A stretch of 62,598 nt of DNA from Akkermansia muciniphila (GTDB taxonomy: Bacteria; Verrucomicrobiota; Verrucomicrobiia; Limisphaerales; SIAT01). Positions 27,386-38,064 of this stretch are shown piece by piece. Each line of letters begins with the position of its first letter. Position 1 is the stretch's first letter. Made by a program: the position numbers and the translations under genes. The notes beneath the pieces are model-generated. The model was given only the letters and a program-made list of their open reading frames with translations, searched no databases and had not been told where the DNA came from. Location: NCBI GenBank assembly GCA_945860945.1, contig CAMASG010000004.1, forward strand, positions 1 through 62,598, read 5' to 3'.

Positions 27386-30028
27386 ATGGCCGACCCGAAC
27401 GAACCCCACCTGCCTGTTTCCACCACGCCGCTCTTCGCCGCCAACGAGAAGATCGCCAAGATCAACGTTGCCGACGAGATCAAGAACTCCTTCCTCGATT
27501 ACTCGATGTCGGTGATCATCTCTCGTGCTCTGCCCGATGTGCGCGACGGCCTCAAGCCCTCCCAGCGGCGCATCCTTTTCGCGATGCACGAGCTCTCGCT
27601 CTATCCGCCGAGGAAGCACATGAAGTGCGCCAAGATTTGCGGCGACACCTCGGGCAACTACCATCCACACGGCGAAGCGGTCATCTACCCGACCCTCGTC
27701 CACATGGGTCAAACGTGGGCGATGCGGGAGCGACTCGTGCATCCGCAAGGAAACTTCGGATCCATCGAAGGCGATCCACCGGCTGCGATGCGTTACACCG
27801 AAGCGCGACTCACGCACCTCGGCGGCAGCCTGATGGAGGACATGGAGAAGGACACGGTGGACTTCGTCCCGAACTACGACGAACGACTCACTGAGCCCAA
27901 GGTTTTCCCCGCCGCATTTCCGAACCTCCTCGTCAACGGCGGCACCGGTATCGCCGTCGGCATGGCGACCAACATGGCGCCGCACAATCTCGGCGAGATC
28001 ATCGATGGCGTCTGCGCGCAGATTGATAATCCGGACATCACGATCCCTCAGCTGATGAAGCACGTGAAGGGGCCGGACTTTCCGACCGGCGCGATGGTCT
28101 GCGGACTTGATCCCATCAAGCAGTATTTCACCACTGGCCGCGGCAGCATGAAGGTGCGCGGCAAGGTCGGCATCGAGCAGATCAAAGGCGGCAAAGAGCA
28201 GATCGTCATCACCGAGATTCCCTACAACGTCAACCGCGCCACGCTCGTCGAACGTACCGCTGATTTGGTCAACCAGAAAATCATCACCGACATCACGGCC
28301 ATCCGCGACGAGTCGGACGAGAACACGCGTGTCGTCATCGAACTCAAGCGCGATGCCGTGCCGAAGGTAGTCATCAACAATCTCTATAAGTACACGCAGC
28401 TCGAGAGTTCCTTCTCCGTCAACGCGCTCGCCATCGATCACGGCCGCCCGAAGACGCTCAATCTCAAGGAGCTCATCTTCTGCTACATCGAGCACCGCCG
28501 CGAGGTCGTGCTTCGCCGCACGCGCTACGAACTACGCAAAGCCGAAGATCGCGCCGAGGTGCTCGAGGGTTATCTCATCGCGCTCTCCAATCTCGACGAG
28601 TTCATCCACATCATCCGTTCTTCCAAGAACCGTGATGAAGCCAAGGTTAAGCTGCTCGCCTTCGAGTGGAGCAAGGCGCAGGTGTTGCGCTGGGGCATTC
28701 TCCTCCGCAGCGAGACGCGCCTCTCCGCCGGTCGCTACGCGCTGACTGAGCGGCAGGTGGATTCCATTCTCGAGCTCCGTCTTTACCAGCTCACCGGTCT
28801 GGAAATCGACAAGGTCGAGACCGAATACAAAGCGTTGCTCAAGGTCATCGATGACCTGCTCGACATCCTCGCGAAGGAATCGCGCGTAATGACGATCATC
28901 AAGGCTGAGTTGAAAGTCATCAAAGAGAAGCACGCCACGCCGCGCCTCACCGTCCTCATGCCGGATGAAGGCGAGATGGCTATCGAAGATCTCATCACCA
29001 ACGAAGGCGTCATCATCACGCTCACCCACAACGGCCTCATCAAGCGCACCAGCATCTCCAACTACCGCGCCCAACGTCGCGGAGGCAAGGGCGTCATCGG
29101 GATGTCCACGCGCGAGGCGCAGAGTGAGGGCGAAGTGGGCGACTTCATCGAGCACCTTTTCACGGCCAGCACACACGATTACCTGATGTTCTTCACGAAC
29201 ACCGGCCGCGTGTATGTCGAGCGCGTCCACGAGATTCCCGATATGGGCCGCGCGGCGAAAGGCCGTTCCATCGCGAACCTGCTCGAGTTGAAGGCCGGCG
29301 AAACCATCGCCGCGCTCATCCGTATCATCTCCAAAACCAACGCGACTAAAGTGGACGTCACGTGGGAGCAGGAAGGCCACATCTTCTTCGCCACGCGACA
29401 GGGCACGGTGAAGAAGACCGCGCTCGCTGATTTCGGCAACGTCCGCAAGGGCGGCATCATCGCCATCGGCATCGAACCGGGCGACATCCTCATCGACGTG
29501 AAGCTCACCACCGGCGTGGATGAGGTCGTCCTCATCACCCGCGAAGGGATGAGCATTCGCTTCAAAGAAGAAGACGTCCGCTCGATGGGGCGTCCCGCCA
29601 CCGGTGTGCGCGGCATCTCGCTCGATAAGACCGACGCCGTCGTCGCTGCGGCAGTGGTCGTGGCGGACGCCACGCTGCTCGTCGCTGGCGAACACGGCAT
29701 TGGCAAACGAACCGAGTTTGGCGAATACCGTCTCCAATCCCGCGGCGGCAAAGGCATCATCACCATGAAGACCGGCGAAAAGACCGGCAACGTCGTGGGT
29801 GCACTCACCGTGCGCGCCACCGACGAAATCATGCTCATCACCGTCGGCGGCCAGATGGTTCGCACCGGTGTGGCAGGCATCCGCGAAACCGGCCGCAACA
29901 CGATGGGTGTGAAACTGGTGAACCTTGATGCCGGCGACAAACTCTCCGCCATTGCCCCTGTTATCAATGAAGACAAGACCGACGACAAGACCGACGACGA
30001 AGGCGCCGAAGAAGCACCTGCTGTTTAA
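27386..30028 (+). CDS. gyrA: DNA gyrase subunit A
   Basis: [27 protein letters not shown] catalytic Tyr, GyrA-box QRRGGKG, pinwheel repeats, acidic tail. Confidence 0.97.
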   Translation: MADPNEPHLPVSTTPLFAANEKIAKINVADEIKNSFLDYSMSVIISRALPDVRDGLKPSQRRILFAMHELSLYPPRKHMKCAKICGDTSGNYHPHGEAVIYPTLVHMGQTWAMRERLVHPQGNFGSIEGDPPAAMRYTEARLTHLGGSLMEDMEKDTVDFVPNYDERLTEPKVFPAAFPNLLVNGGTGIAVGMATNMAPHNLGEIIDGVCAQIDNPDITIPQLMKHVKGPDFPTGAMVCGLDPIKQYFTTGRGSMKVRGKVGIEQIKGGKEQIVITEIPYNVNRATLVERTADLVNQKIITDITAIRDESDENTRVVIELKRDAVPKVVINNLYKYTQLESSFSVNALAIDHGRPKTLNLKELIFCYIEHRREVVLRRTRYELRKAEDRAEVLEGYLIALSNLDEFIHIIRSSKNRDEAKVKLLAFEWSKAQVLRWGILLRSETRLSAGRYALTERQVDSILELRLYQLTGLEIDKVETEYKALLKVIDDLLDILAKESRVMTIIKAELKVIKEKHATPRLTVLMPDEGEMAIEDLITNEGVIITLTHNGLIKRTSISNYRAQRRGGKGVIGMSTREAQSEGEVGDFIEHLFTASTHDYLMFFTNTGRVYVERVHEIPDMGRAAKGRSIANLLELKAGETIAALIRIISKTNATKVDVTWEQEGHIFFATRQGTVKKTALADFGNVRKGGIIAIGIEPGDILIDVKLTTGVDEVVLITREGMSIRFKEEDVRSMGRPATGVRGISLDKTDAVVAAAVVVADATLLVAGEHGIGKRTEFGEYRLQSRGGKGIITMKTGEKTGNVVGALTVRATDEIMLITVGGQMVRTGVAGIRETGRNTMGVKLVNLDAGDKLSAIAPVINEDKTDDKTDDEGAEEAPAV

Positions 30029-30047
30029 GGGAAGGCTCGATCCAATC

Positions 30048-30086
30048 AACGGCGGCGGCGGCCAACGCCCTCGCCGTTTTTCTTTT
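30048..30086. terminator. Terminator hairpin between convergent gyrA and methyltransferase genes
   Basis: aacggcg...cgccgtt stem followed by tttttcttttt on + strand. Confidence 0.7.
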
Positions 30087-31042
30087 TAACAACAGCGAGG
30101 ACCGCAATCGTTGCTGACGCCGCGGGTGGCGTTGAATGAAAGGCCATCCGTGCGAGACGGGGAGGTGAAGAGCGCGGCGGCGGATTTGGTGCGGAGACTT
30201 GAGGTGCCCGCGCCGTTCTTGATGGCTTCGATGGTCACGGAGCGGAATTCAATTCCTTCAATCACGCGCCACGGCTGTTCTTCGCGCTTGAGGATACGAA
30301 CGACGGGAAAGCCGGCTTCGGCAAAGGCGAGCGGAAATTTGTCTTCGCGGAACGCGCCGGAAAGACAGCCGCTCCAAAGATCGGCGTTGGTCTGCATCTC
30401 CGCTGGCACGTCCACGTCGCTGACGATGTCGGAGATGACGGCACGGCCACCGGGCTTGAGCACGCGGAAGATTTCAGCGAAGAGTTGACGCTTGGCCGCA
30501 GGAGCGACGAGGTTCAGTACGCAGTTGGAGACGACGACATCCACCAAATCGCTCGCGACCAGCGGAGTGCGCTGGCGCAATTCATCGGCGAGACGTTCGG
30601 CGCCGAGAAAAGCATCAAGGCTAGCGATCGGTTTCGCGCGCAACTCGCGGTCGAGCAGTTCCAAGTCGAGCGCGAGATCTTGAATGCGGCCTTTGCGAAA
30701 CTCGACGTTGGCGTAGCCGATGTTCGCAGCGACGAGCGGCGCATTGCGACGGGCGACTTCGAGCATCGCGTCGGTCATGTCCACACCGATGACGCGGCCG
30801 TTTGGTCCGACGACTTGAGCCGCGATGAAGCAGATTTTTCCAGTGCCGCTGCCGAGATCGAGAACCGTTTCGCCGGAGCGCACGTAGCGGCTCGGGTCGC
30901 CGCAGCCGTAATCCTTTTCGATGACCTCAGCCGGAATGGCTTTGAGATATTTCGGGTCGTAGCTGACGGGGCAGCAGAGGGCGGCCTCGGCAGCTTGAGA
31001 TGCGGCGCTGTAACGCTCGTGGACGGCGGTTTCGGTGTTCAT
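30086..31042 (-). CDS. ArsM-like (arsenite) SAM-dependent methyltransferase
   Basis: ATG 31042 (ATGA overlap); ALCCP, DYGCGDP, LDLGSGTG, VVSNCVLNL, LWSGCLSGA; ends in CGPRCC. Confidence 0.75.
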   Translation of the reverse strand: MNTETAVHERYSAASQAAEAALCCPVSYDPKYLKAIPAEVIEKDYGCGDPSRYVRSGETVLDLGSGTGKICFIAAQVVGPNGRVIGVDMTDAMLEVARRNAPLVAANIGYANVEFRKGRIQDLALDLELLDRELRAKPIASLDAFLGAERLADELRQRTPLVASDLVDVVVSNCVLNLVAPAAKRQLFAEIFRVLKPGGRAVISDIVSDVDVPAEMQTNADLWSGCLSGAFREDKFPLAFAEAGFPVVRILKREEQPWRVIEGIEFRSVTIEAIKNGAGTSSLRTKSAAALFTSPSRTDGLSFNATRGVSNDCGPRCC

Positions 31043-32202
31043 AGGCCGCGGTGAATGAGCTCGAGGGCGATCACGGAGTAGGCGGTGACGAGCGCGGTTT
31101 CTTTTTCCCACCAGCGCGCGGTCTGATCGTTGAGCCACGAGCCGTCGGGTTTCTGCAGATTGATGAGCTTCATCGCAACCTCGCGGCGCCAGTTGATCTT
31201 CCGGCCATCCTTGAGTTCCAGTTCGTTCACATTGTGGAGCGTGAGAGCCTTGGTCATGAGGTGCAGGTAATAGTAGTAACCCTGCGGTCCCATGCCGGGG
31301 TTTTCGTCGATCGCGTAATTCTTCTGCAGCCAGTCGAAGACGGCGGTAAGGCGCGGGTCGTCCTTCTTCATATCGGCGTAGGTGAAGCTGAGCATGCCGG
31401 CGTAGCTCACGCTGCCGTAGGAACGGAGAGCGACCTTGCCCGTGGCGGTATTAGTGACGCCGCCCGCCATGCTGTTGCCCGGAAAATAAACGAAGCCGCC
31501 GCGGTCTTTGGCATCGGCGGAAACCCACGACTGTTTGTTGGCGGGAACCTGCTGGCAATTCTTGAGGAACTCGATGGCGGCGGCCCAGTTCAAGTCCGCA
31601 TTCGCGGGGTTGTCTTTGACGAGGTGCTTGCTGTAGTGCAGAGCCTCGAGGGCGACCAGCGTGTTGTTCATGTCCGAGTTCGGATACCTGCTGCCGTAGC
31701 CGATACCGCCGTCCATGACATCGTCGTTTTTGCTCTTCTCGCCAAAATCACTCTGGCTCGAAACCAAGTAGGCGCGCGCTTTTCGGAGAATCGGCTCGTG
31801 CTCTTTTTTGTTCGTCGCGAGCAGCGCCATCATCGAGATTGCGGTGTTGTAATTGACGAGTTGGCCGCGGTGAATGGTGCCGTCGGGTTTTGCTGAATCG
31901 AGTAGAAAGGCATAGCCTTTGTCGATGTTCGGCTGCGGACCTTGTTTCCAGCGGCCGGTCGGCTCGCCCATGAAAGCCGAGAGTGCGAGCGCGGTGACGG
32001 CGGGGTGGTCGGCCGTGGACCAATAACCTTTCGGATCCTGATTTTTCTCGAGCCAGCTCAATCCTTTGTCGATGGCGCGCTGAATCTCGTGCCGGAACGA
32101 CTCGTTGCCATTGAGCGGTTTGCTCTGTGCGCTCGCCGACAGAGTGGCGGCGACGGTGAACGCAAGCGCGGCGATGAGCGCGAAGGGGATGAATCGTTTC
32201 AT
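31039..32202 (-). CDS. Prenyltransferase/squalene-oxidase repeat (terpene cyclase-like fold) secreted protein
   Basis: Signal peptide; WLEKNQDPKGYW, LVSSQ, DGGIGYG, LINLQKPDGSW QW-like repeats. Confidence 0.85.
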   Translation of the reverse strand: MKRFIPFALIAALAFTVAATLSASAQSKPLNGNESFRHEIQRAIDKGLSWLEKNQDPKGYWSTADHPAVTALALSAFMGEPTGRWKQGPQPNIDKGYAFLLDSAKPDGTIHRGQLVNYNTAISMMALLATNKKEHEPILRKARAYLVSSQSDFGEKSKNDDVMDGGIGYGSRYPNSDMNNTLVALEALHYSKHLVKDNPANADLNWAAAIEFLKNCQQVPANKQSWVSADAKDRGGFVYFPGNSMAGGVTNTATGKVALRSYGSVSYAGMLSFTYADMKKDDPRLTAVFDWLQKNYAIDENPGMGPQGYYYYLHLMTKALTLHNVNELELKDGRKINWRREVAMKLINLQKPDGSWLNDQTARWWEKETALVTAYSVIALELIHRGL

Positions 32203-32285
32203 ACGTTATCCTTTTTGATGTGCTGGAACTTAACGGAATTCATCTCGACGGCAAGTGTGACGTGAGGGTTCTCCAAAATGTAACA

Positions 32286-32999
32286 TCATTTCGCCGTCGG
32301 TTTTGCGGCGGGTTTGACGAGGCGGATGAGCACCTCCACGAGGGTGTCCTTCGGCGGCACCTTGTCTTTGGCGACGGTGAAGTTCTCGTCGTCATCGCGG
32401 CCAGGGCGGGGGTTATTGAACTGCGCATCGGCGTCCGTGATAAGCGAGACGATAGAGCCGTCACGCTGTGCGATGAAGGTGCCTTCGAAGATGCGCGAAC
32501 CGTTGAAGACGAAGGCGCCTTTGGGCATCGGCCCTTTGGCTTTTTTGTCGAGAATGAGATCCTCGATGCGTGCGGAATGTTCCTTTGCGCCAATTTTCCA
32601 GCGCAGCTCGATCTCAGCCGATTCACCGGGGATGGGCAGCGTCGGGTCGTTGAGCAAACGCTGGATCTGATCGGCGGGCGCGGGTTTGGCGCCGAGGAGC
32701 AGCATGGCGACCTGAATGTGCTGCGGTTGCACTTCGGTGCGAAGCAGCGACTCGTGCAACTTGCCGGCGGTGGTGACGATGAGATATTCGATGAGGCTCT
32801 CGGTGATGTGGAAGTGCCCGGGAAATGAGAGCGTCTGCTTGTTCTTGTCGAGCTTCACCGTGCCTACTTGGAAGATGCCGGGGGCGAGTTGCTGCACTTG
32901 CGGCGGGGCAGGGGCTTTCGGCGGCGCGTCTTGCGCGATGAGAGGAAAGGCGGAGAGGAATAGCGCGGCGGCGAAGGATTTCTTCCAAGGCGAGTTCAT
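32286..32999 (-). CDS. YdjY-domain secreted protein
   Basis: Signal peptide; IEYLIVTTAGKLHESLLRT..PQHIQVAMLLLG; FVFNGS. Confidence 0.7.
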   Translation of the reverse strand: MNSPWKKSFAAALFLSAFPLIAQDAPPKAPAPPQVQQLAPGIFQVGTVKLDKNKQTLSFPGHFHITESLIEYLIVTTAGKLHESLLRTEVQPQHIQVAMLLLGAKPAPADQIQRLLNDPTLPIPGESAEIELRWKIGAKEHSARIEDLILDKKAKGPMPKGAFVFNGSRIFEGTFIAQRDGSIVSLITDADAQFNNPRPGRDDDENFTVAKDKVPPKDTLVEVLIRLVKPAAKPTAK

Positions 33000-33069
33000 A
33001 AGGCGAGATCGAGACTAAGTCGATGGCGGCGCGCTGCCAATGGCAAAGGTGCCGTGCGCGACAGGCGGG

Positions 33070-33097
33070 TTGACTTGAAGAAGTATTCCAGTATCTT
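33070..33097 (+). promoter_or_regulatory. Putative sigma70 promoter of glgP
   Basis: TTGACT-16bp-TATCTT. Confidence 0.45.
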
Positions 33098-33187
33098 TGG
33101 CCTCGTCCGCACGCGACAAGCCAAGCCTCACCGGCTCTGCCAGCAGAACCACTTCCGAGAAAAATCCTCCGACGGCAACTATCGTTT

Positions 33188-35350
33188 ATGACCAACCAAC
33201 CGCTTTCCTCCGCTGAAGTGACCCATCTTGCCGCCGGATTGAATCGTGTGGCGCGAAACCTCTGGTGGACCTGGAATCAAGGTGCGCAGGAAGTCTTTCT
33301 CGAGCTTTCGCCACGCGGTTGGCAGACGCTCTATCACAACGCCGTAGCCGTCCTGCACGAGGTGTCGGACAGCGAGTTGCGCGCGCGCCTGCAGGATGTC
33401 GATCTCTCCTCGAAAGTGCGCAAGGTGATCACAGACTTCGATGCGTACATACAGGATCAGGGGACATGGGGGCGGCAGCACGCGCCGAGTTTGATGGCGC
33501 GGCCGGTGGCTTACTTCTCGGCTGAGTTCGGGTTTCACGAGACGTTGCCGATTGCTGCGGGCGGACTCGGCATTCTCGCCGGCGACCACGCTAAGAGCGC
33601 GAGCGACCTCGGCCTCGGCTTCGTCGGCGTCAGCCTTTTCTACCGCGAAGGCTATTTCCAGCAGGCCATCAATCAGGACAACTGGCAGACGGAGTTTTAT
33701 TCGCAACTCAATCCGAAGAACCTGCCGATTGAACCGGTGCTCGACGCGAAGGGAGAACCGCTTGTCTGCACGGTGAAAATCGCATCGGCTCAAGTGATGT
33801 TTCAGGTGTGGCGCGTGAATGTCGGCCGCGTGCCGGTGTTGTTGATTGATGCGAACCGTCCTGAAAACGAGCCGATGTATCGCGACCTGACGCAGCGTGT
33901 GTACGGCGGCGACAGCACCACGCGCATCATGCAGGAAATGCTGCTCGGCATCGGCGGCGTGCGTCTATTGCGTGCGCTCGGTTATCAGCCTTCAACTTTC
34001 CACATGAACGAAGGCCACGCGGCCTTCCTCACATTGGAACTCGCGCGTGAGAAGATGGCCGAGGGCAAGTCCTTCGCGGATGCGATTGAGGCGACCAAAC
34101 AGGAATGCATCTTCACAACGCACACGCCGGTTGAAGCCGGGCACGACCGTTTCAACAACGACTTGATGACCTTCGCCGCCGGCAAGTTCCAGCACCAACT
34201 CAAGCTCAGCCAGCACGAATTGATGGGGCTCGGCCGCGTGAACCCCGAGGATCGCAATGAGCCGTTCTGCATGACGGTGCTGGCGCTCAAATGCTCGCGC
34301 GCGGCCAACGGCGTGAGTGAGTTGCACGGCGCGGTAAGCCGACAGATGTGGCAATGCCTCTATCCGGACAAGAAGGTCGAGGAGGTTCCCATCGGCCATG
34401 TCACCAACGGCATTCACCTCACCGGTTGGATGAAGGGCACGATGCGCGCTTTCTGGTGGCGCAAGATCAATCAAGGTCACACTGCCGGCGCCCCCATCCC
34501 TAGCCTCGAGCGCGAAATCAACTCCAACGAGTTCTGGCTCCGGACGGCTGACACGAACTTCATCACCGACGAGGAACTCTGGGCGTTGCGCTACAAGCTC
34601 CGTCGCGAGTTGATCGAGTTCGCCCGCCGTCGGCTTCTCATGCAGGGGCAGCGCCTCGCGCACGGCGACTTCATTTCTTACGATCAGCTGCTGAACCCGA
34701 ACGCCTTGACCATTGGCTTCGCGCGGCGTTTCGCCACCTACAAGCGCGCCCCGCTCATCTTCCAGCAGCTCGAGAAAATTGTGCAGCTCGCCAAGGATCG
34801 TCAACAGCCAGTCCAGTTCATCTTCGCCGGCAAAGCCCATCCGCGTGATGACGAAGGCAAACGTTTCATCCAGCACATTATCCACCTCAGCAAGCACAGT
34901 GACTTGAAGGGGAACCTTGTCTTCATCGAGAACTACGACGTGCACGTCGCGCGGCAAATGGTTTCTGGCTGCGACATCTGGCTGAACAACCCGCGCCGTC
35001 CTCTCGAAGCCTCCGGCACCAGCGGGATGAAAGCGCTCTGCCACGGTTGCTTGAACATGTCCATCATGGACGGTTGGTGGCGCGAGGGCTACGACGGCAC
35101 CAACGGTTTTTCCATCGGCGACGACACGCATCCGCTCGACGTCCACGAGCAGGACGCTCGCGACTCCGAGAATCTCTACAAAGTTCTCACCGAGGAAGTC
35201 ATTCCTTGCTACTACAACCGCGACGCCAACGGCATCCCGCACCACTGGATTCAGAAGATCCGCCGCGCGATGGTCACTCTCGTGCCGCAGTTCAACACGT
35301 GGCGGATGGTCCGCGAATACACCGAAAAATATTACAACACGGCCAAGTGA
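33188..35350 (+). CDS. glgP: Alpha-glucan (glycogen) phosphorylase
   Basis: YFSAEFG, GGLGILAGD, HMNEGH, FTTHTPV, RRFATYKR, AGKAHP, EASGTSGMK PLP motif. Confidence 0.95.
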   Translation: MTNQPLSSAEVTHLAAGLNRVARNLWWTWNQGAQEVFLELSPRGWQTLYHNAVAVLHEVSDSELRARLQDVDLSSKVRKVITDFDAYIQDQGTWGRQHAPSLMARPVAYFSAEFGFHETLPIAAGGLGILAGDHAKSASDLGLGFVGVSLFYREGYFQQAINQDNWQTEFYSQLNPKNLPIEPVLDAKGEPLVCTVKIASAQVMFQVWRVNVGRVPVLLIDANRPENEPMYRDLTQRVYGGDSTTRIMQEMLLGIGGVRLLRALGYQPSTFHMNEGHAAFLTLELAREKMAEGKSFADAIEATKQECIFTTHTPVEAGHDRFNNDLMTFAAGKFQHQLKLSQHELMGLGRVNPEDRNEPFCMTVLALKCSRAANGVSELHGAVSRQMWQCLYPDKKVEEVPIGHVTNGIHLTGWMKGTMRAFWWRKINQGHTAGAPIPSLEREINSNEFWLRTADTNFITDEELWALRYKLRRELIEFARRRLLMQGQRLAHGDFISYDQLLNPNALTIGFARRFATYKRAPLIFQQLEKIVQLAKDRQQPVQFIFAGKAHPRDDEGKRFIQHIIHLSKHSDLKGNLVFIENYDVHVARQMVSGCDIWLNNPRRPLEASGTSGMKALCHGCLNMSIMDGWWREGYDGTNGFSIGDDTHPLDVHEQDARDSENLYKVLTEEVIPCYYNRDANGIPHHWIQKIRRAMVTLVPQFNTWRMVREYTEKYYNTAK

Positions 35351-35370
35351 TTTTGGATGTGGAGTCGGTT

Positions 35371-35398
35371 AAGCGCGGAGGATTGCTTCCGCGCTTTT
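35371..35398 (+). terminator. Terminator after glgP
   Basis: aagcgcggag-gattgc-ttccgcgctt followed by tt. Confidence 0.65.
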
Positions 35399-35435
35399 CC
35401 TGTTTCAAGAATCTGTTCTCTTCGGCTACTATTGA

Positions 35436-36569
35436 ATGGTGAGTGCTGATATCAAATCCCAGACGCGCGAGCAACTCGCGGTGAAGTTCGCCGAGTGGGG
35501 GCAGCCCGACTATCGCGTGGACCAGTTGCTCCAGTGGCTTTACACCAAACGTGTGGCCAAGTGGGAGGAGATGACCAATCTCTCGAAGCCCTTGCGCGAG
35601 CATCTCGCGGCGGAGTTCGCCTTGCACACTCACGAACTGGTCCGCAAGCAGGGCGCGCGCGACACCACGCAGAAATTTCTCTGGCGCCTCCACGACCATG
35701 CGCTCGTCGAGAGCGTTCTCATCCCAGCCAATCCCGCTCTCTACGGCGAGCAGAGCGATCGCCACACACTTTGCGTCTCCACGCAGGTCGGCTGCGCTTA
35801 CGGCTGCAAGTTTTGCGCGAGCGGTCTCGATGGATGGAAACGCAATCTCGAGCCGTACGAAATCGTCGAGCAGGTCACCGCGATTGAACGTTGGCATGAT
35901 GCCCAGCCCGAAGAGTTGGAACGCATCGACGGCACGCGCAAATCAGATCGTGCCATCAACAACCTCGTCATCATGGGAATGGGCGAGCCGCTGGCGAACT
36001 ACGACAACTTGCTCAAAGCCCTTCGCATTCTGAACGCGCCGTGGGGCGCCGGCATCGGTGCTCGAAAAATCACCATCTCCACCAGCGGCCTTGCTCCGCG
36101 CATCCGCCAACTCGCCGGAGAGCCGCTTCAGTTCCGTCTCGCCATCTCGCTTCATGGCGCGACCGATGATGTCCGCAGCCGTATCATGCCTGTGAATCGA
36201 AAGCACCCGATCGCCGAGTTGGCGGAGGCGTGCGCCTATTATCAGGAGAAAAAAGGGCGGATGATCACGTTCGAGTACATTCTCATCGCTGGTATCAATG
36301 ACGGCCTCGATCAAGTCCGTCCGCTCGCTGCGCTTGCCCGCCGCTTGAATGCGAAGGTGAATCTCATCCCTTACAACAAGGTCGATGGGCTCAAATGGGA
36401 ACGGCCCGACGAGCGGTCGCAGGAGAATTTTCTCGGTGCACTCGAGCATCAGGGGGTGATCGCCACGCTTCGCCGCGAGAAGGGCGGCGACATCGATGCC
36501 GCCTGTGGTCAGCTCCGGCTCAAAACTGAACGCGAGTTGAAGGACGCTCCCGTTAAAACTTCGCGCTGA
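35436..36569 (+). CDS. rlmN: 23S rRNA (adenine2503-C2)/tRNA methyltransferase RlmN
   Basis: CVSTQVGCAYGCKFCASG radical-SAM motif, MGMGEP, AISLHG, DAACGQL. Confidence 0.95.
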   Translation: MVSADIKSQTREQLAVKFAEWGQPDYRVDQLLQWLYTKRVAKWEEMTNLSKPLREHLAAEFALHTHELVRKQGARDTTQKFLWRLHDHALVESVLIPANPALYGEQSDRHTLCVSTQVGCAYGCKFCASGLDGWKRNLEPYEIVEQVTAIERWHDAQPEELERIDGTRKSDRAINNLVIMGMGEPLANYDNLLKALRILNAPWGAGIGARKITISTSGLAPRIRQLAGEPLQFRLAISLHGATDDVRSRIMPVNRKHPIAELAEACAYYQEKKGRMITFEYILIAGINDGLDQVRPLAALARRLNAKVNLIPYNKVDGLKWERPDERSQENFLGALEHQGVIATLRREKGGDIDAACGQLRLKTERELKDAPVKTSR

Positions 36570-36584
36570 TTTTTCTTCGCTGCG

Positions 36585-37217
36585 ATGATTGCTCTTCTCG
36601 ACTACGGCTCCGGCAACTTGCGCAGCGTGGAGAAAGCTCTGCGGCACGTCGGAGCTGATGTGCGCGTGGTGACGCGATCTGAAGAGATGCGCGCTGCCCA
36701 CGCGGTGGTATTGCCGGGCGTGGGAGCGTTCGACGATTGTCTGAACGCGATGCGCCGTCAGGAGCTGTTGGCGGGAGTGAAGGAGTTCATCACCAGCGGT
36801 CGACCTTTCCTCGGCATCTGCGTCGGCTATCAAGCGCTGTTCGAGAAGAGCGAGGAGTTCAATAGTTGCGCGGCGGGGCTTGGAGTTTTCGCCGGGAAAG
36901 TGGTTCGATTCACAGAGCGTCCCGGTTTGAAGATTCCTCAAATCGGCTGGAACCAAATCGAGATTGCGCAGCCGGAATGCCCGATCTATCGAGGGATTCC
37001 GAGCGGCAGCCACTTCTATTTCGTACACAGCTTTTATCCGCAGCCGGCAGATAGCACGATTGCGGCCACGCGCACCACGTACGGCGATGCCTTCGTTTCG
37101 TCGATCTGGAAAGAGAACGTCTTCGCCACGCAATTCCATCCGGAGAAGAGCCAGAAGGCGGGACTGCAATTGCTGAAGAACTTCGTCGAGTTGGCAGTGA
37201 GCTGCTCCGCTGATTGA
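36585..37217 (+). CDS. hisH: Imidazole glycerol phosphate synthase glutaminase subunit
   Basis: DYGSGNL, LPGVGAF, GICVG, YFVHSF, QFHPEKS. Confidence 0.96.
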   Translation: MIALLDYGSGNLRSVEKALRHVGADVRVVTRSEEMRAAHAVVLPGVGAFDDCLNAMRRQELLAGVKEFITSGRPFLGICVGYQALFEKSEEFNSCAAGLGVFAGKVVRFTERPGLKIPQIGWNQIEIAQPECPIYRGIPSGSHFYFVHSFYPQPADSTIAATRTTYGDAFVSSIWKENVFATQFHPEKSQKAGLQLLKNFVELAVSCSAD

Positions 37218-37297
37218 AGGGAGCGCTTGTGCGCAGATGGACTTACTGTTAATTTTCGTTCGCAACAGGAGTACTCAACCAACCAACCTCTCAGATT

Positions 37298-37927
37298 ATG
37301 GCACACGAACTCGCCCCTCTTCCCTACGCTCACGACGCTCTCGAACCGCACATCGATAAGCAGACGATGGAGATCCACCACGGCAAGCACCACAACGCTT
37401 ACGTGACCAATTTGAACAAGGCCATCGCCGGCAACGCGACGCTGGAGAGCAAGTCCATCGACGCGCTCATGGCCGATCTCGCGAGCGTTCCGGACAATAT
37501 CCGCGGCCCCGTGCGCAACAACAGCGGCGGTCACTGGAACCACAGATTCTTCTGGCGTCTGATGGGAGCGAACTCCGGTGGCGCGCCGACGGGCAAGCTG
37601 AGCGAGGCGATCACGGCAGCGTTCGGTAGCTTCGAGGCGTTCAAGGAAAAGTTCGAAGCCGCCGGCATCGGCCGTTTCGGCAGCGGTTGGGCGTGGCTCG
37701 TCGTCAACGGCGGTAAACTGGAGATTGTCTCCACCGCGAACCAGGACAATCCGCTTATGGGCAAAGCCATCGCCGGTTGCGAAGGGAAGCCGGTTCTCGG
37801 CTGCGACGTTTGGGAGCATGCCTATTATCTCAAATACCAGAACCGCCGAGCGGACTATCTCAAGGCCTTCTGGAGCGTGGTGAATTGGGCCGAGGTGACC
37901 CATAACTACGAGGCGGCGACCAAATAA
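37298..37927 (+). CDS. sodA: Superoxide dismutase, probably Mn-type
   Basis: [36 protein letters not shown]. Confidence 0.93.
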   Translation: MAHELAPLPYAHDALEPHIDKQTMEIHHGKHHNAYVTNLNKAIAGNATLESKSIDALMADLASVPDNIRGPVRNNSGGHWNHRFFWRLMGANSGGAPTGKLSEAITAAFGSFEAFKEKFEAAGIGRFGSGWAWLVVNGGKLEIVSTANQDNPLMGKAIAGCEGKPVLGCDVWEHAYYLKYQNRRADYLKAFWSVVNWAEVTHNYEAATK

Positions 37928-37943
37928 TCGCTTCCATCTTTGC

Positions 37944-37975
37944 AAAGGCACGCCGTTCGCGCGGCGTGTCTTTTT
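37944..37975 (+). terminator. Terminator after sod
   Basis: aaaggcacgccgt-tcgc-gcggcgtgtcttt followed by T run. Confidence 0.85.
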
Positions 37976-38006
37976 ATTTTCGGGAAGGGTGACTCCATCG
38001 AAAAGG

Positions 38007-38035
38007 TTGATTTCCCACCCGCGTTTGTGTAGTTT
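38007..38035 (+). promoter_or_regulatory. Putative sigma70 promoter of the Sel1 gene
   Basis: TTGATT-17bp-TAGTTT; AAGGAGG SD precedes ATG 38065. Confidence 0.55.
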
Positions 38036-38064
38036 CCAACCAGTTCCAAACAAAGGAGGGGCTA

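Noticed and set aside
28532-30049. Long antisense ORFs opposite gyrA, gyrB, glgP, smc, pheT and the DUF1501 genes
   Set aside because: Typical shadow ORFs of high-GC3 coding sequence, with no domain motifs
30086-30230. Possible truncation or frameshift at the ArsM-like C-terminus
   Set aside because: The frame runs cleanly to a Cys-rich CGPRCC end followed by a terminator hairpin, consistent with a natural short tail
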